From positions 28,413 through 92,412 of the IMG/VR virus record IMGVR_UViG_3300037088_000882: a DNA stretch of 64,000 nt; one strand, given 5' to 3'. Shown here piece after piece: positions 18,024 to 28,092 of the stretch. Within the stretch, counting starts at the first letter, position 1. Each line of letters opens with the position of its first letter. Source of the DNA: a virus. The notes below the pieces were generated by a model. It did no database searches, had not been told where the DNA came from, and saw nothing but the letters and a program-made list of their open reading frames with translations. The translations under genes and the position numbers were made by a program.

Positions 18024-18129
18024 GATTCCTCCTAAATATTATATAGAATGCATAGTGTGATAAAAGCCATAGTAAATAAACCTGCTATGGCCGAGATTAA
18101 ATGCTTTTCTAAAAACTTTTTATATGGCA

Positions 18130-18684
18130 TCAATCCCCGCCTCCTCCGCCACCACCAGCATCTCCTGAAGCGTCACCTGAGGGGCTTTCTGTGGCCGTTT
18201 CAGGTGCTGGAGAGGGGGCTTCATGATCTACTTCGGGAGCAGGTGATGGTAATGCATGGTCAACCTCTGTGACAGGTGTTGGGGTAGATGGTGTTGTAGC
18301 TTGTCCAACTTCTGTAATAGGCTCTGAGGCCACAGGAGCACTATGGTCGACTTCTATCTCAGGGGATCCATTAGGGTTATTAGTGACATCAACCTCTTGT
18401 TCTAACCCTTTTACTTCTTCAATTTTTTCTATTTGGTTATTATTTTGAACAGGGGATTGAGTTGATCGAGACCATATTACGGCATTGTAATTATTGCTTA
18501 TTGGAGTTCTCGATGTTGTGTAATAATAATCGTTATTTGAATTACAGATGATGTAATAATATAACCAGGAATCATCTGATTGTTGGGCCCGATAAACCTT
18601 TACTTGTTCTTTTGCTGCTTGATGAACTGGTTTTGATTCACAAGCAATTAGTAACATAAAAGCAATGAGAATAAAGTTTTTCAT
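18130..18684 (-). CDS. lipoprotein with EVDH-x-x-P repeats and Gly-rich tail
   Basis: Lipobox LIAC; low-complexity C-terminus. Confidence 0.65.
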   Translation of the reverse strand: MKNFILIAFMLLIACESKPVHQAAKEQVKVYRAQQSDDSWLYYYIICNSNNDYYYTTSRTPISNNYNAVIWSRSTQSPVQNNNQIEKIEEVKGLEQEVDVTNNPNGSPEIEVDHSAPVASEPITEVGQATTPSTPTPVTEVDHALPSPAPEVDHEAPSPAPETATESPSGDASGDAGGGGGGGD

Positions 18685-19187
18685 GCTACCTTCCTTTCTT
18701 CGAAGATTTTGGATTTTTGATGCATATATTCAACAAGGGATAAGGCTATGGTACTTAGTAAAAAAATAACGTGTATAGAGCATTTTACTATGACTTCTCG
18801 GTCAGATGTAGCATTAGAATCAATGAAGACTTTCAGTAAATGTATGGATGACACACCGATGAGGGACATCCCAATTTTAACTTTTAAATAACCACTGCTG
18901 ATATGTTCGGAATTATCGGTCATTTTTTCAACAAAGGCATGATAACTACCTGTGATAATGATTCTGACCAGGTTGGCTATCATAACAATATCGACCAGAG
19001 AGAGGACGGCCATCATCATTAAATTTTCATCCATATGATGAAAATCTTTGCCTAATAAATAAACACTTTCGACGAATTTAACTGCATAAAATACTTGACA
19101 GATAATCAGGCCTAAGTAAAACGGGACTAATAGCCATTTACTGCTTTTGATTATTGCTTGAATACCCTTACTCATTATTATCCTCAC
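18681..19187 (-). CDS. UPF0114/YqhA-family membrane protein
   Basis: SKWLLVPFYLGL, LSLVDIVMIANL, LKVK..SLIGVSSIHLL. Confidence 0.85.
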   Translation of the reverse strand: MRIIMSKGIQAIIKSSKWLLVPFYLGLIICQVFYAVKFVESVYLLGKDFHHMDENLMMMAVLSLVDIVMIANLVRIIITGSYHAFVEKMTDNSEHISSGYLKVKIGMSLIGVSSIHLLKVFIDSNATSDREVIVKCSIHVIFLLSTIALSLVEYMHQKSKIFEERKVA

Positions 19188-19686
19188 TTTTTATGACTTT
19201 TGTAATAGAGTTCCTTCTCACAATTGCTATAAGATCGTAATCAGTAAACCTCTCTAATTCTTTATGTACAAGTTCGAGAACCTGGTCATGGGTCTCGGCC
19301 ACTACGAACTGGGTTGTAGTTGTTAAAGCTATTGAACTTACAATAGATACTCCATCTGAATCACTCCCGATTTTAGGTTTTGCCTGTTCTTTTATTGATC
19401 CTTTACTTAAATCTGGGTGCTCGTAGACAATCTCGTAAGAATACATTATACTACCTTTCTTTGTCTTTTTTATCGAGTATATTGGATTTCCTCTAATAAG
19501 TGAAATTAGTAGGGAAAATTGATGACTCTTTATTTCTTTTCTGGCATAACTTAAAACCAGCTCCTGGGAATCTGCCGCGATATATTCCGTTATTTTTTTA
19601 TAATAAAGGGCATTTTTTGAAACCTGTTCAGCAACAGTTCCTTTGCTTAGATCGGGGCATTCATAAGTTAATTCGTAAAGGGTCAT
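19168..19686 (-). CDS. hypothetical protein with internal tandem duplication
   Basis: YE.PDLSKG repeated twice. Confidence 0.6.
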   Translation of the reverse strand: MTLYELTYECPDLSKGTVAEQVSKNALYYKKITEYIAADSQELVLSYARKEIKSHQFSLLISLIRGNPIYSIKKTKKGSIMYSYEIVYEHPDLSKGSIKEQAKPKIGSDSDGVSIVSSIALTTTTQFVVAETHDQVLELVHKELERFTDYDLIAIVRRNSITKVIKSEDNNE

Positions 19687-20582
19687 TTTTTATAAAGCCC
19701 ATTTGTAATTATGTAATTAAATAATTCCTCGGGAATAAGCTTTAATATTTGCTCTTTAATTCCATTATCAGCAAGGTACTCATGCTCAGAGGACTCGAAA
19801 AGGTTACGTACTTTAGTCGAGGACATTTCTGCTAAAGGTTTATCTGGAAGCAGGTAAATGTGTGGTTGTTTTAAAAACCAATTAACTTTAGCAACATCAA
19901 AAGAAATCCCGGCTCTCGGGATGACAATAAAACGAATCATTCGTTCAAGGTATTCATAATTATACCAGGAATCAAAAGTTAAGGCGTTATCTAGGCCTAT
20001 TGCCATTGAAAATTCGTATTGGTCTCCAGCAAGGTTTTTAGATATGGATTTAACAAGGTGATAGGTTTCTCCTTGAAATTGGTTATCAATTTCATAAGAA
20101 GAGACCCTTATTCGGGCATCTTGTTTTACGAGAATTTTGAGCATTTCAAGGCGCTGTTTTGCGGAAGCAAGTTTCTTATTATCCATGTGGGCTGCACAGG
20201 GCATTAACCATACCTCATCGAAGTTTCGGCTGAAAGAGAGAATAGCTTGAGCTGCTTGAAGATGCCCGTAGTGAGGAGGATTGAAAGCTCCACCTAATAT
20301 GGCAACTTTAGTTTTTCGTCCCAAGGTTTTATATTGTAATTGACGTCTGTTTATTTTAACTAAAGTGTTATCAATAAGCTCTTTAGGGGACCATTCGTTC
20401 TCATTACAGAGTTGAAGAACCGAGCATAACAAATCACCAGTCTCTTCTTTAAGATTGGGGACATCGATATATCTGCTTAACTCGATTGTTTCTCGAAGAA
20501 TGTCATCAATTCTTTCTTTAAGAGGAGTTCGGCCAAAGTTGTTAACGAAAACTTCATTGATCTTTTTTATCGATTCTTCCAT
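19683..20582 (-). CDS. nadD: MazG-like domain fused to NadD-family NaMN/NMN adenylyltransferase
   Basis: N-terminal EETGDLL; GGAFNPPHYGH, IGLD and SSTKVR motifs. Confidence 0.85.
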   Translation of the reverse strand: MEESIKKINEVFVNNFGRTPLKERIDDILRETIELSRYIDVPNLKEETGDLLCSVLQLCNENEWSPKELIDNTLVKINRRQLQYKTLGRKTKVAILGGAFNPPHYGHLQAAQAILSFSRNFDEVWLMPCAAHMDNKKLASAKQRLEMLKILVKQDARIRVSSYEIDNQFQGETYHLVKSISKNLAGDQYEFSMAIGLDNALTFDSWYNYEYLERMIRFIVIPRAGISFDVAKVNWFLKQPHIYLLPDKPLAEMSSTKVRNLFESSEHEYLADNGIKEQILKLIPEELFNYIITNGLYKK

Positions 20583-20588
20583 TTTTCC

Positions 20589-20987
20589 TCATTCCGTTAT
20601 TTTTTTCAAGTCCTCCGCACGTTTATCTACGGTCGCTTTCTTATTATACATATTTATCGTAATGAAATCTTTGTTGGATACCAGATCCCATAACCCGCAT
20701 GTTTTAAGATTGTTTATAATTGAGAATAAGAAAGTTTTATTTCGAACCCATCTACGTTCAGGTTTATTAAAATCATAATAAGAGATTTTACTTAGGAATT
20801 TTACATCAGGAGGTTGCATTTCGATAGTGTTTGTGCTATCAAAATAGAAAAGTTTTAGAGATAACTCTTTATCTTTGAACCATTTAATAATTTCGATAAT
20901 AGGGTAGTTCATGACGACACAGCTTTTTTGACCTTTGTACAAACCTCTTAAAGTAAATACTGAATCGATTATAGCTGTAGGGAACAT
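20589..20987 (-). CDS. hypothetical protein
   Basis: ORF track. Confidence 0.55.
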   Translation of the reverse strand: MFPTAIIDSVFTLRGLYKGQKSCVVMNYPIIEIIKWFKDKELSLKLFYFDSTNTIEMQPPDVKFLSKISYYDFNKPERRWVRNKTFLFSIINNLKTCGLWDLVSNKDFITINMYNKKATVDKRAEDLKKITE

Positions 20988-20989
20988 AA

Positions 20990-21760
20990 TTACCTTACCT
21001 CTCGTATTTCAATTACAGACGGATTGGTACATTCGACAAATTCAAGATTTGCTCGGCCTAGTGTGTTTAGGTTATTAACGAAGCACTTTAAAAGACTTTT
21101 TGATTCTTCGGAATGGCTGTCTGCGGGAAATTGAAAAAGGGTGACATACAATTTAAATTTTACAGATCTTTCCGCTTTTAATTTGGAGAAGAAGTTCTTT
21201 AAACTGGGATCAAGGCTCATTACGTATTCTTTGAATTTTAAATGCTTTATCCGTTGTACAAATTCTATTCGTTCTGATTTTGTCATGTCCTCCCAATTAA
21301 CTGGAAGCATTTTAGAGAAATCGCTTTTAGTTTCTTTTTTAACGGACTCTTTTATTTCTATTTCACTTGCGATTACGGGCTCAATAACAGGAAAACTAAA
21401 ATCGGAAAGAATTTGAGCCCCTTTCTTTAAATCTTTCTTGGGTTGTTCGGGATCTTGCTGAGTGATGGGTTTTGTTTTTGCTATTTCTTTAACTGAAGCA
21501 TCCCAGAACTCTTTTGTTACAAAAAACCGTTCCTTACAAAATTTGTAATATCCGTGTTCTTTTTCATTTACGTAATAGGAACAGCATTCTCTTTTAAGTG
21601 CCTTTGCTGGCTCTTTATTTAATGTTAACATACCGCATTCAAAATCTTTTTGAGCCATGTCTGGATATTTAGCACAAAACCCTTTATAAAGGGTATCTAA
21701 AGGGACTCCAACAATTTTAAAGCTTTTACAAAAGTTTATTAGGTTATTTTTTTGTTTCAT
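20990..21760 (-). CDS. hypothetical protein
   Basis: ORF track. Confidence 0.6.
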   Translation of the reverse strand: MKQKNNLINFCKSFKIVGVPLDTLYKGFCAKYPDMAQKDFECGMLTLNKEPAKALKRECCSYYVNEKEHGYYKFCKERFFVTKEFWDASVKEIAKTKPITQQDPEQPKKDLKKGAQILSDFSFPVIEPVIASEIEIKESVKKETKSDFSKMLPVNWEDMTKSERIEFVQRIKHLKFKEYVMSLDPSLKNFFSKLKAERSVKFKLYVTLFQFPADSHSEESKSLLKCFVNNLNTLGRANLEFVECTNPSVIEIREVR

Positions 21761-22311
21761 CTGAATCCCCTTGTGAAATGAGGGAGCCTCACCTCGTGTA
21801 ATTTATACAGATTTTTATTTATTAAAGAAAAAAGTTCGAAATAATAATGGGCTTGAGAGCCTTCATGAGTCTTACTTAGTTTTGTCAAGCATTTGCAAAA
21901 ACGATGTCTGATCTTAACTTGACTCATCGCATGTTCTTTTTTAAACTTAAAAATAACGTTAATTCTTCGAGCTGTTTCAGATTGGCATGTTGTGGTCAAC
22001 ATTGACTTTAAGATCTCTATTTCAAGAGGATTGAATATTTTAGAAAGATCGTTTTCAAGATTTTCTGTGTTAAAAGAATTTATTTCTTTCATGAATAAGA
22101 ATCTGGTTCTTATTCTTTTCATTCGACTTGAGATAGCTCCTTGAGTCACTCCGAGTAGTCTAGCTATTTCTCTTTGGTCTATTTTCTTGATAACATGATA
22201 AACAAATAAGTCTTGTTCTGATTTCGGCAGCTTATGAAAAAACTCAGGATTTTCTTCAAATGTTTGACGGAGAAAATTAATACGGCCCTTTACGGTTATT
22301 GTATCGTTCAT
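21757..22311 (-). CDS. HTH protein (sigma region 4-like)
   Basis: LPKSEQDLF...QREIARLLGVTQGAISSRMKR. Confidence 0.65.
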   Translation of the reverse strand: MNDTITVKGRINFLRQTFEENPEFFHKLPKSEQDLFVYHVIKKIDQREIARLLGVTQGAISSRMKRIRTRFLFMKEINSFNTENLENDLSKIFNPLEIEILKSMLTTTCQSETARRINVIFKFKKEHAMSQVKIRHRFCKCLTKLSKTHEGSQAHYYFELFSLINKNLYKLHEVRLPHFTRGFR

Positions 22312-22327
22312 AGATTATGATACTGTT

Positions 22328-22753
22328 TTATTTCCCTTCATAAAAGAAATATTTTTCACAGAGTGGGCAACGAATTTTTTCTCCCACAGGAGGTGTTTCA
22401 GATCTATGTGCAAATCCGTCATCCCCTATTACAAGAGCCCAGCAATCACCAATTTCCTCACCTTGAGCATCAAATTTTCCGGAAAGTTTAAAACCGGCAT
22501 TTATTTTTTTCATTTCTCGAATTATTAGATTTATAGCTTCGACCATACCGTAGTTTTTTTCTGACCCATCCCATTTGATTCCTGAGTAATCTTCAGTTAA
22601 TTCAAGATCAATGTGAACATAATCATCGTTGATTTTCCATTCGGGGTGGTCTCGTGTGTCTTCCCCTAGAAATTCATTAATTGCTTTTAATTCATTTATG
22701 TTTAACTCATTACCAAATTTAAGAACTCCAGAAAATTGAGTTGTATACCCCAT
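22328..22753 (-). CDS. hypothetical phage protein
   Basis: MGYTTQFSG start; C-terminal CxxC. Confidence 0.65.
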   Translation of the reverse strand: MGYTTQFSGVLKFGNELNINELKAINEFLGEDTRDHPEWKINDDYVHIDLELTEDYSGIKWDGSEKNYGMVEAINLIIREMKKINAGFKLSGKFDAQGEEIGDCWALVIGDDGFAHRSETPPVGEKIRCPLCEKYFFYEGK

Positions 22754-22778
22754 TGTTAGACCTTTCTTTAAATAATTA

Positions 22779-22890
22779 GAGCATCTTTACACGCCAATGC
22801 AAAATGCCGAGTGTGTCAGCTACACCTGTGACCCGGCCTCCGTATCGTGTAGAGAACTTTTCTATCACATCTACTAATGTAAAGATGCCC
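22779..22890 (-). ncRNA. candidate structured RNA
   Basis: Terminal inverted repeat GGGCATCTTTACA/TGTAAAGATGCTC with internal hairpins filling an intergenic gap; strand assumed from neighbours. Confidence 0.4.
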
Positions 22891-23700
22891 TTAAATTGAT
22901 ATTGCAGCGATTCCTATATCATCACTATGAGACCAGTTTTTTCCTAATAAGCTTTTTTTAAGAAATCCCATTGTTCTTTTTACAAAGACTCCCTGGGTAT
23001 TTGGGAAATCCATAACTTCTAACATCATTTGCTGGTCGAAGACTGGGTCCTTGTTATGGTTTAGGTAATGATCGAGTCCATCAGTTGTGACCGCTATTAT
23101 GTCACCAGGGCCAGGATTTACCACGGTACAAAAAGGATGGTCGAATGGGTTATCTGTTATGAAAGGCTCGTCTTTACCTAGTTCTCCTTCAGTCCTACGA
23201 ACTGTATTATCTGGACCGAGTTTTTTTATGTAATCGTCTCGAGATGTAATCAAATAGAAAGGAGCATTTGTTTGGGGGTATTCAATTTTTATGTATTCAA
23301 TGCAGTCTTTATCTCTCTTTTTATGTAATATGTACCCATCTCCCCATCCAAATAAATAGGTAAGATTGTCGTGAACGGATACTATCATTAAGAGAGTAGC
23401 TTGTAAGGAGTTTATGCTTATAGGGTATAATTTTCTGATTTCATCGGCACGTTTTATAATACTATTCCCTAATAGAGGTGCTAAGGTATTTATTTTTACT
23501 TCAAAAAACAGATCATGAAAAGATTGTAGAACATATCGAGATACATGGCAAAGAATTTGAGATCCAATTTCTGAATTCTCGGCAGAGGAGCAACCATCGG
23601 ATATGATTGCATAATGTAGGTTTTTATAAGTTCCAGATAAAGCGTAGTCTTGGCAAACTTGGTGAGTGGTACCTATTTCAAAATATGAGTCGGTATTCAT
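22891..23700 (-). CDS. PP2C-family phosphatase (TerY-P triad type)
   Basis: HQVCQD, SDGCSS, GDG, TDG and DD motifs. Confidence 0.85.
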   Translation of the reverse strand: MNTDSYFEIGTTHQVCQDYALSGTYKNLHYAIISDGCSSAENSEIGSQILCHVSRYVLQSFHDLFFEVKINTLAPLLGNSIIKRADEIRKLYPISINSLQATLLMIVSVHDNLTYLFGWGDGYILHKKRDKDCIEYIKIEYPQTNAPFYLITSRDDYIKKLGPDNTVRRTEGELGKDEPFITDNPFDHPFCTVVNPGPGDIIAVTTDGLDHYLNHNKDPVFDQQMMLEVMDFPNTQGVFVKRTMGFLKKSLLGKNWSHSDDIGIAAISI

Positions 23701-24071
23701 TTTGGCCTCTTTAAAAAGAGAAAAGGAGTTGTAAAGTAATCTCCATAAATTTCTGTGTCATCTATATGGAGGTCAATTTTTTGTGCTTTACAGTAGTCGG
23801 CTTTTGTTTTATTCCATAATTTTTTACTTAACCAAGGTTCTCCATTTTTATCGTATCGAACGGGAGTTCCTTTTCTTTTGTGGTAAGAAGTAATAGAAAA
23901 GACTTTATTGAAGCTTATTCCTAAAGCCTTTAACTTTTTTCGAAAAGCAGGTGAATCTTCTTCTCCTGTAATAATGTGTACTTTATGCCCTGCCTCGACA
24001 AGCGTGTTTGTTAATACTCGGAAGACTTCATAGGCATCCAAGATTCCATGGAAATCGAAACCAAAGTTCAT
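23697..24071 (-). CDS. HAD-superfamily hydrolase
   Basis: FDFHGIL, ITG, K and IDD motifs. Confidence 0.7.
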   Translation of the reverse strand: MNFGFDFHGILDAYEVFRVLTNTLVEAGHKVHIITGEEDSPAFRKKLKALGISFNKVFSITSYHKRKGTPVRYDKNGEPWLSKKLWNKTKADYCKAQKIDLHIDDTEIYGDYFTTPFLFLKRPK

Positions 24072-24233
24072 TTTTTACCCTTTATCCTTGCTTTGTATTC
24101 TTTAATTTCTTCTTCTGTTGGATCCCAATCTAATAGTCCAAGAGAGTCATCAATTTCCCATTGTTCCCTTGCAGATCGATCATTGTAATTTGAGGGCCTT
24201 TGTAATGCACGGTCAACGCTACTCATATTATTC

Positions 24234-25007
24234 CTATCTGGTTAAAATAAGAGGCCTTATAAGGTTTGTCTTATTGTTAATGTGTATTTTGATATGCGTT
24301 TTAGTTAATTCAGTTGCTGGAATTTTTCTTCCAAGAATATCAAATAATTCTCCGTTTGTTGTACAAGATTTAATTGATTGCACAGGGCTATTTATTGTTG
24401 ATGTGATCCCATAAAAATCTGTTGTTCCGTCTGTTTGCAAGTACCAGTGAAGGACGACAGCTTGTGTGTAGTTTCGACAATCAGCATATGCAGGGGGCAT
24501 CATAGGGTCACAGCTTGTCCCTATAACAGTGGTCATAGATACTAAGACGTATTTTTTCTGACTTGTCTGTGCTATAAGAGGAGAAGTCCAATTGATCTTC
24601 CAACAGCTTCCTGGGAAATAACAAGAATTGTTTGTATCTATTAGTAGCCACGGGCTTTTACAATACCTTGTGGTATCTATTTTTAAAAAACTGTTTGTAT
24701 CTTTAAGATCTAAACTTTTTAAAGAAATAATTTCACTTAATTTTAATTTTGAAGTGTAAAAAGGTTTTACAGAATTTATTATCTCACAGGGACAATAATA
24801 CATACAGGTTCCACAATCATGAGAAAAAAACATAAGATCAGCAGAATCTATAGAAGTTGAACAATGTGCAGTTATTTTTGGTGAGAAAACCTTTGCCGAT
24901 GTGAAATTGATTGCTGTATTCATTTGAAGAGTGCCAACTCCAGAAATGATTTTTGCATTAGATAAGGTAAAAAGAACGAATAGACCTAAAAGCATTGAAC
25001 GTAACAT
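24234..25007 (-). CDS. secreted Cys-rich protein with C-terminal sorting-like motif
   Basis: Signal peptide; FDILGRKI near the C-terminus. Confidence 0.55.
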   Translation of the reverse strand: MLRSMLLGLFVLFTLSNAKIISGVGTLQMNTAINFTSAKVFSPKITAHCSTSIDSADLMFFSHDCGTCMYYCPCEIINSVKPFYTSKLKLSEIISLKSLDLKDTNSFLKIDTTRYCKSPWLLIDTNNSCYFPGSCWKINWTSPLIAQTSQKKYVLVSMTTVIGTSCDPMMPPAYADCRNYTQAVVLHWYLQTDGTTDFYGITSTINSPVQSIKSCTTNGELFDILGRKIPATELTKTHIKIHINNKTNLIRPLILTR

Positions 25008-25049
25008 ACTAATACTCCTTTGATTATGTGAAAGATATATAGGAATATA

Positions 25050-26027
25050 TTATCTTACAGATAACCCGTAAATACTTAAAGGACTATATTGGTCCTCTTG
25101 GTAATTTTTTTGCTCTTGTTTCTCGTCTTCTTCATGTTGTTTTTTACACTCGTTAAACAGTTTTGTAAGCAGGGCAATATCCTTAGTAGTGACAGACTTT
25201 TTTATTGCCGTAATCAAATCTTTAAAAATACGGTCGTAATGAAACCGTCTTCCAGCAAGAATGAGCATCGTTTCTGCTCGATCTATTATGGAGAGTTTCC
25301 CCTTTTTTTCAATTCGGTGCAATTTAATGTCAAGTTCTGCAAGAGCTTTTAAATCACCGTCTCTTGGCTGTATTATACGGCTTAAATTATGGTGAATAGC
25401 ATTTTTATCCATGAAAACTGTTAATGGGTCCCATTTATCCTTCTGGTAAGGATATAATGGATCATAGAGTTTTTTGGTGATGTTACTCAAGATGTAGGCC
25501 CGAGCATACACATCTTCATCTTTAAATAAGTTGAAACAATCACCTTGAATGTCACTGATTACCTTTGAAAGTCTTGATAGACTTTTGAGTAATGGGTCCT
25601 CATATCTACGTAGATGGTAAACAGCTTGTTCGCTATAGGCGTAGATCTCGTATATTTGTTTGTAAGGGCCTCTAACTTGACCAAGGAGTCCGGTAATATC
25701 AAGGAAGCCGTCAAAGGCATCAAAATCAACTTTTTCTGGCTCTAAAGAGTCCTCTTTCATAAGGCCATGGCAATGGTGGTTTATTGCGATTCCCCAAGAA
25801 GATACAGTGCCCCAAGTGACTGGGTTTGAGGCACTAGATCCTATAATCCAATGAGCTGCATTATGGTTTTGACCGAGAAAGGCATCCCATAAATCACCAA
25901 CGAAGGAGACTAAGGTCTCTGGGTATCCATAGTCCTCAGAATGGTCTTTTAGCTGATTTCCTAAACAAACCATCTGATTTATATCGTAAAATAATCCGCT
26001 AAGTCTTTCTTCGTTTGATAAGCCCAT
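25050..26027 (-). CDS. hypothetical protein
   Basis: 325 aa, SD AAGGAG. Confidence 0.65.
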   Translation of the reverse strand: MGLSNEERLSGLFYDINQMVCLGNQLKDHSEDYGYPETLVSFVGDLWDAFLGQNHNAAHWIIGSSASNPVTWGTVSSWGIAINHHCHGLMKEDSLEPEKVDFDAFDGFLDITGLLGQVRGPYKQIYEIYAYSEQAVYHLRRYEDPLLKSLSRLSKVISDIQGDCFNLFKDEDVYARAYILSNITKKLYDPLYPYQKDKWDPLTVFMDKNAIHHNLSRIIQPRDGDLKALAELDIKLHRIEKKGKLSIIDRAETMLILAGRRFHYDRIFKDLITAIKKSVTTKDIALLTKLFNECKKQHEEDEKQEQKNYQEDQYSPLSIYGLSVR

Positions 26028-26035
26028 TTTTCTCC

Positions 26036-26809
26036 TTAAAACTTGAAACTTACAGGTTGAGATGCTCCGCCCGTACCAAGAGCTTGGCTCTGGCTGGAAA
26101 CACTTTGACTTACAAATTGAGCCAATTTGGCCAATTTTCCTGCAGTTGCATCTCCTATAGAGATGTACTCATCGAGTCCGGCATTGATACGAAAGTTTTC
26201 AAGATAGCTTTTCATACTTGTATTAGCGTCATTGACACCAATTAGTATTGTACGAAGAGATTCTACGATACCTTCTGACCGTACCCTGGCTATGGCATCC
26301 TTAATTTCTCCTGGGTTTTGAACTTTTTGCGAGGCATTTTCTTCCCCATCGGTTAAAATGAAAAGAATAGCATTGCACAGGAATTTTTGTTTGTACAGCT
26401 TTTTTCCGTAATCATACAGAGCATCAACTGCTTCCATTGACCCATCATTAAGGGGAGTTCCACCATTGGGAGATAGGGCCCCTTTAAATTGAGCTGGGTC
26501 AAGAGTGCTTAAAAGAGAAAAGCCATGGAGTTCTTCAATACAAGGCTGGTTACCGTATTTTGAATTGAAAGTCGTTGTACGGTACAAAAGATTCTCCGCT
26601 CGAGGAGACTTCTTACAAGCATCAACACTAACAGCAAGCATGTCTTCCAAGGCTGCTTTAAAGGCCGCAACGGAACCAGATTGATCCGTGGCCATCTGAA
26701 CAATTGTATATTCCGAGGCTCCGAGTTTATCGATACTGACATTGGTGTATTGAAATCCGTGTACGGTTTTATTTACGTCGTCCACGGAGAGTCCTGCTAA
26801 TTTAGGCAT
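26036..26809 (-). CDS. vWA (TerY-like) domain protein
   Basis: DQSGS MIDAS, GGTPL and LTDGEEN motifs. Confidence 0.85.
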   Translation of the reverse strand: MPKLAGLSVDDVNKTVHGFQYTNVSIDKLGASEYTIVQMATDQSGSVAAFKAALEDMLAVSVDACKKSPRAENLLYRTTTFNSKYGNQPCIEELHGFSLLSTLDPAQFKGALSPNGGTPLNDGSMEAVDALYDYGKKLYKQKFLCNAILFILTDGEENASQKVQNPGEIKDAIARVRSEGIVESLRTILIGVNDANTSMKSYLENFRINAGLDEYISIGDATAGKLAKLAQFVSQSVSSQSQALGTGGASQPVSFKF

Positions 26810-26885
26810 GTTTTCTCCTTATAGTTTCATATTTAAAATTTTTTTCACATTGATCGCACCACATATGGTCCATCATTATTCTCGA

Positions 26886-27677
26886 TTACTTAAAAAAAGT
26901 GTCTGTCCGAGATACTCTCATTCCTTTGGCTATCATTTCGGTTACGAAATCAGTACCCAATTTCTCGAAACCAGTTACACTGGACGAGGCATCTTCAAGA
27001 AGAACGAATTTCTTGATCTGATCTTCCGAAAATTCAGCAGCCACGTCCCGAACAGTATTGGCCACACAATGGGATAAGGCTTCACCAGAAATGAGAATGT
27101 CATCATACCCTTTAAGAGTGCTGATAAATCGTGTGTTTAATCCAGTAGTGATATCGTCCGATCGTGGGACATCCCCCTTAACAGCTGAATAGTGCTCTGT
27201 AAATGGATTCGATCCTTTGGTTAAACGGGGAGCCATAGCACTATATTGAATTTCCCATTCCGTTACAGCTTTGTAGAGTACGGGAACAAGGGTCTGGCCG
27301 ATAGACCCTATAATGCAATGAGGTGGCCATATGCACAGTGCATAGCGTTTATTGGCTGCGAGAGTAGTTACGTATTCTAAAGCCCAATCTTTCCAACTTG
27401 GGTTTTTAGGGCGCCATTTGCTCGTAGTTACATCATCTACTGAAATAATTGTGAAAGGGGTAGGTTCTTTACCTGTGGCATCCTGCCAGAACAAAGGATG
27501 AGATATATGCATTCTATAATGACTGTCAAGAGTAAGTTGAATTTCGTCGATATCTCTGCCGTATTTGGTGATCATTTTTGCAATACGCTCCATATCCTTA
27601 GTTGCCCCGGTAACTGGCAGAGCTCCACCTTCGGCAAAATCGACTTGGCCATCAATCGTTAAAAGACATACGGTCAT
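26886..27677 (-). CDS. pncA: nicotinamidase/isochorismatase-family cysteine hydrolase
   Basis: IDGQVDF..GGAL, DSH, WPPHC, KG and EALSHCV motifs. Confidence 0.8.
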   Translation of the reverse strand: MTVCLLTIDGQVDFAEGGALPVTGATKDMERIAKMITKYGRDIDEIQLTLDSHYRMHISHPLFWQDATGKEPTPFTIISVDDVTTSKWRPKNPSWKDWALEYVTTLAANKRYALCIWPPHCIIGSIGQTLVPVLYKAVTEWEIQYSAMAPRLTKGSNPFTEHYSAVKGDVPRSDDITTGLNTRFISTLKGYDDILISGEALSHCVANTVRDVAAEFSEDQIKKFVLLEDASSSVTGFEKLGTDFVTEMIAKGMRVSRTDTFFK

Positions 27678-27696
27678 AAAACCTCCTGAAAGAATG

Positions 27697-28092
27697 TTAT
27701 TTGGATTTGATTTTTTTATTGGTAATATTTAAAGAGCAGTTTTTAGAAAGTTCTGGAATAACTTTTATAAATCCCCAAGCTTTATCTGGATGCAGTGTTT
27801 TAAAATCCTGCTCATCCCAATAATAGTCATCAGAGACATAAAAAGGCCCAGTTTCATGTTGAGCTCCATAAAGGACACGGTATTTTAGATGCTCAGGTTT
27901 GTAAACTCTGTATGAACCATCGCTAATGTCTAAGAAATGAAGATGGCCATCCATGTCGATAAGGAGACATTCAGGATCTCGGTATGGTCCATAAAGAACT
28001 CTTAATGGTTCTTTCTTTCCTTTTACAGAAATAACCCACATACCAGGATATATTTCTTGATCTTCATCTATAACTTTTAATTTTTTATCCAT
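27697..28092 (-). CDS. hypothetical protein
   Basis: SD AAGGAG. Confidence 0.6.
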   Translation of the reverse strand: MDKKLKVIDEDQEIYPGMWVISVKGKKEPLRVLYGPYRDPECLLIDMDGHLHFLDISDGSYRVYKPEHLKYRVLYGAQHETGPFYVSDDYYWDEQDFKTLHPDKAWGFIKVIPELSKNCSLNITNKKIKSK

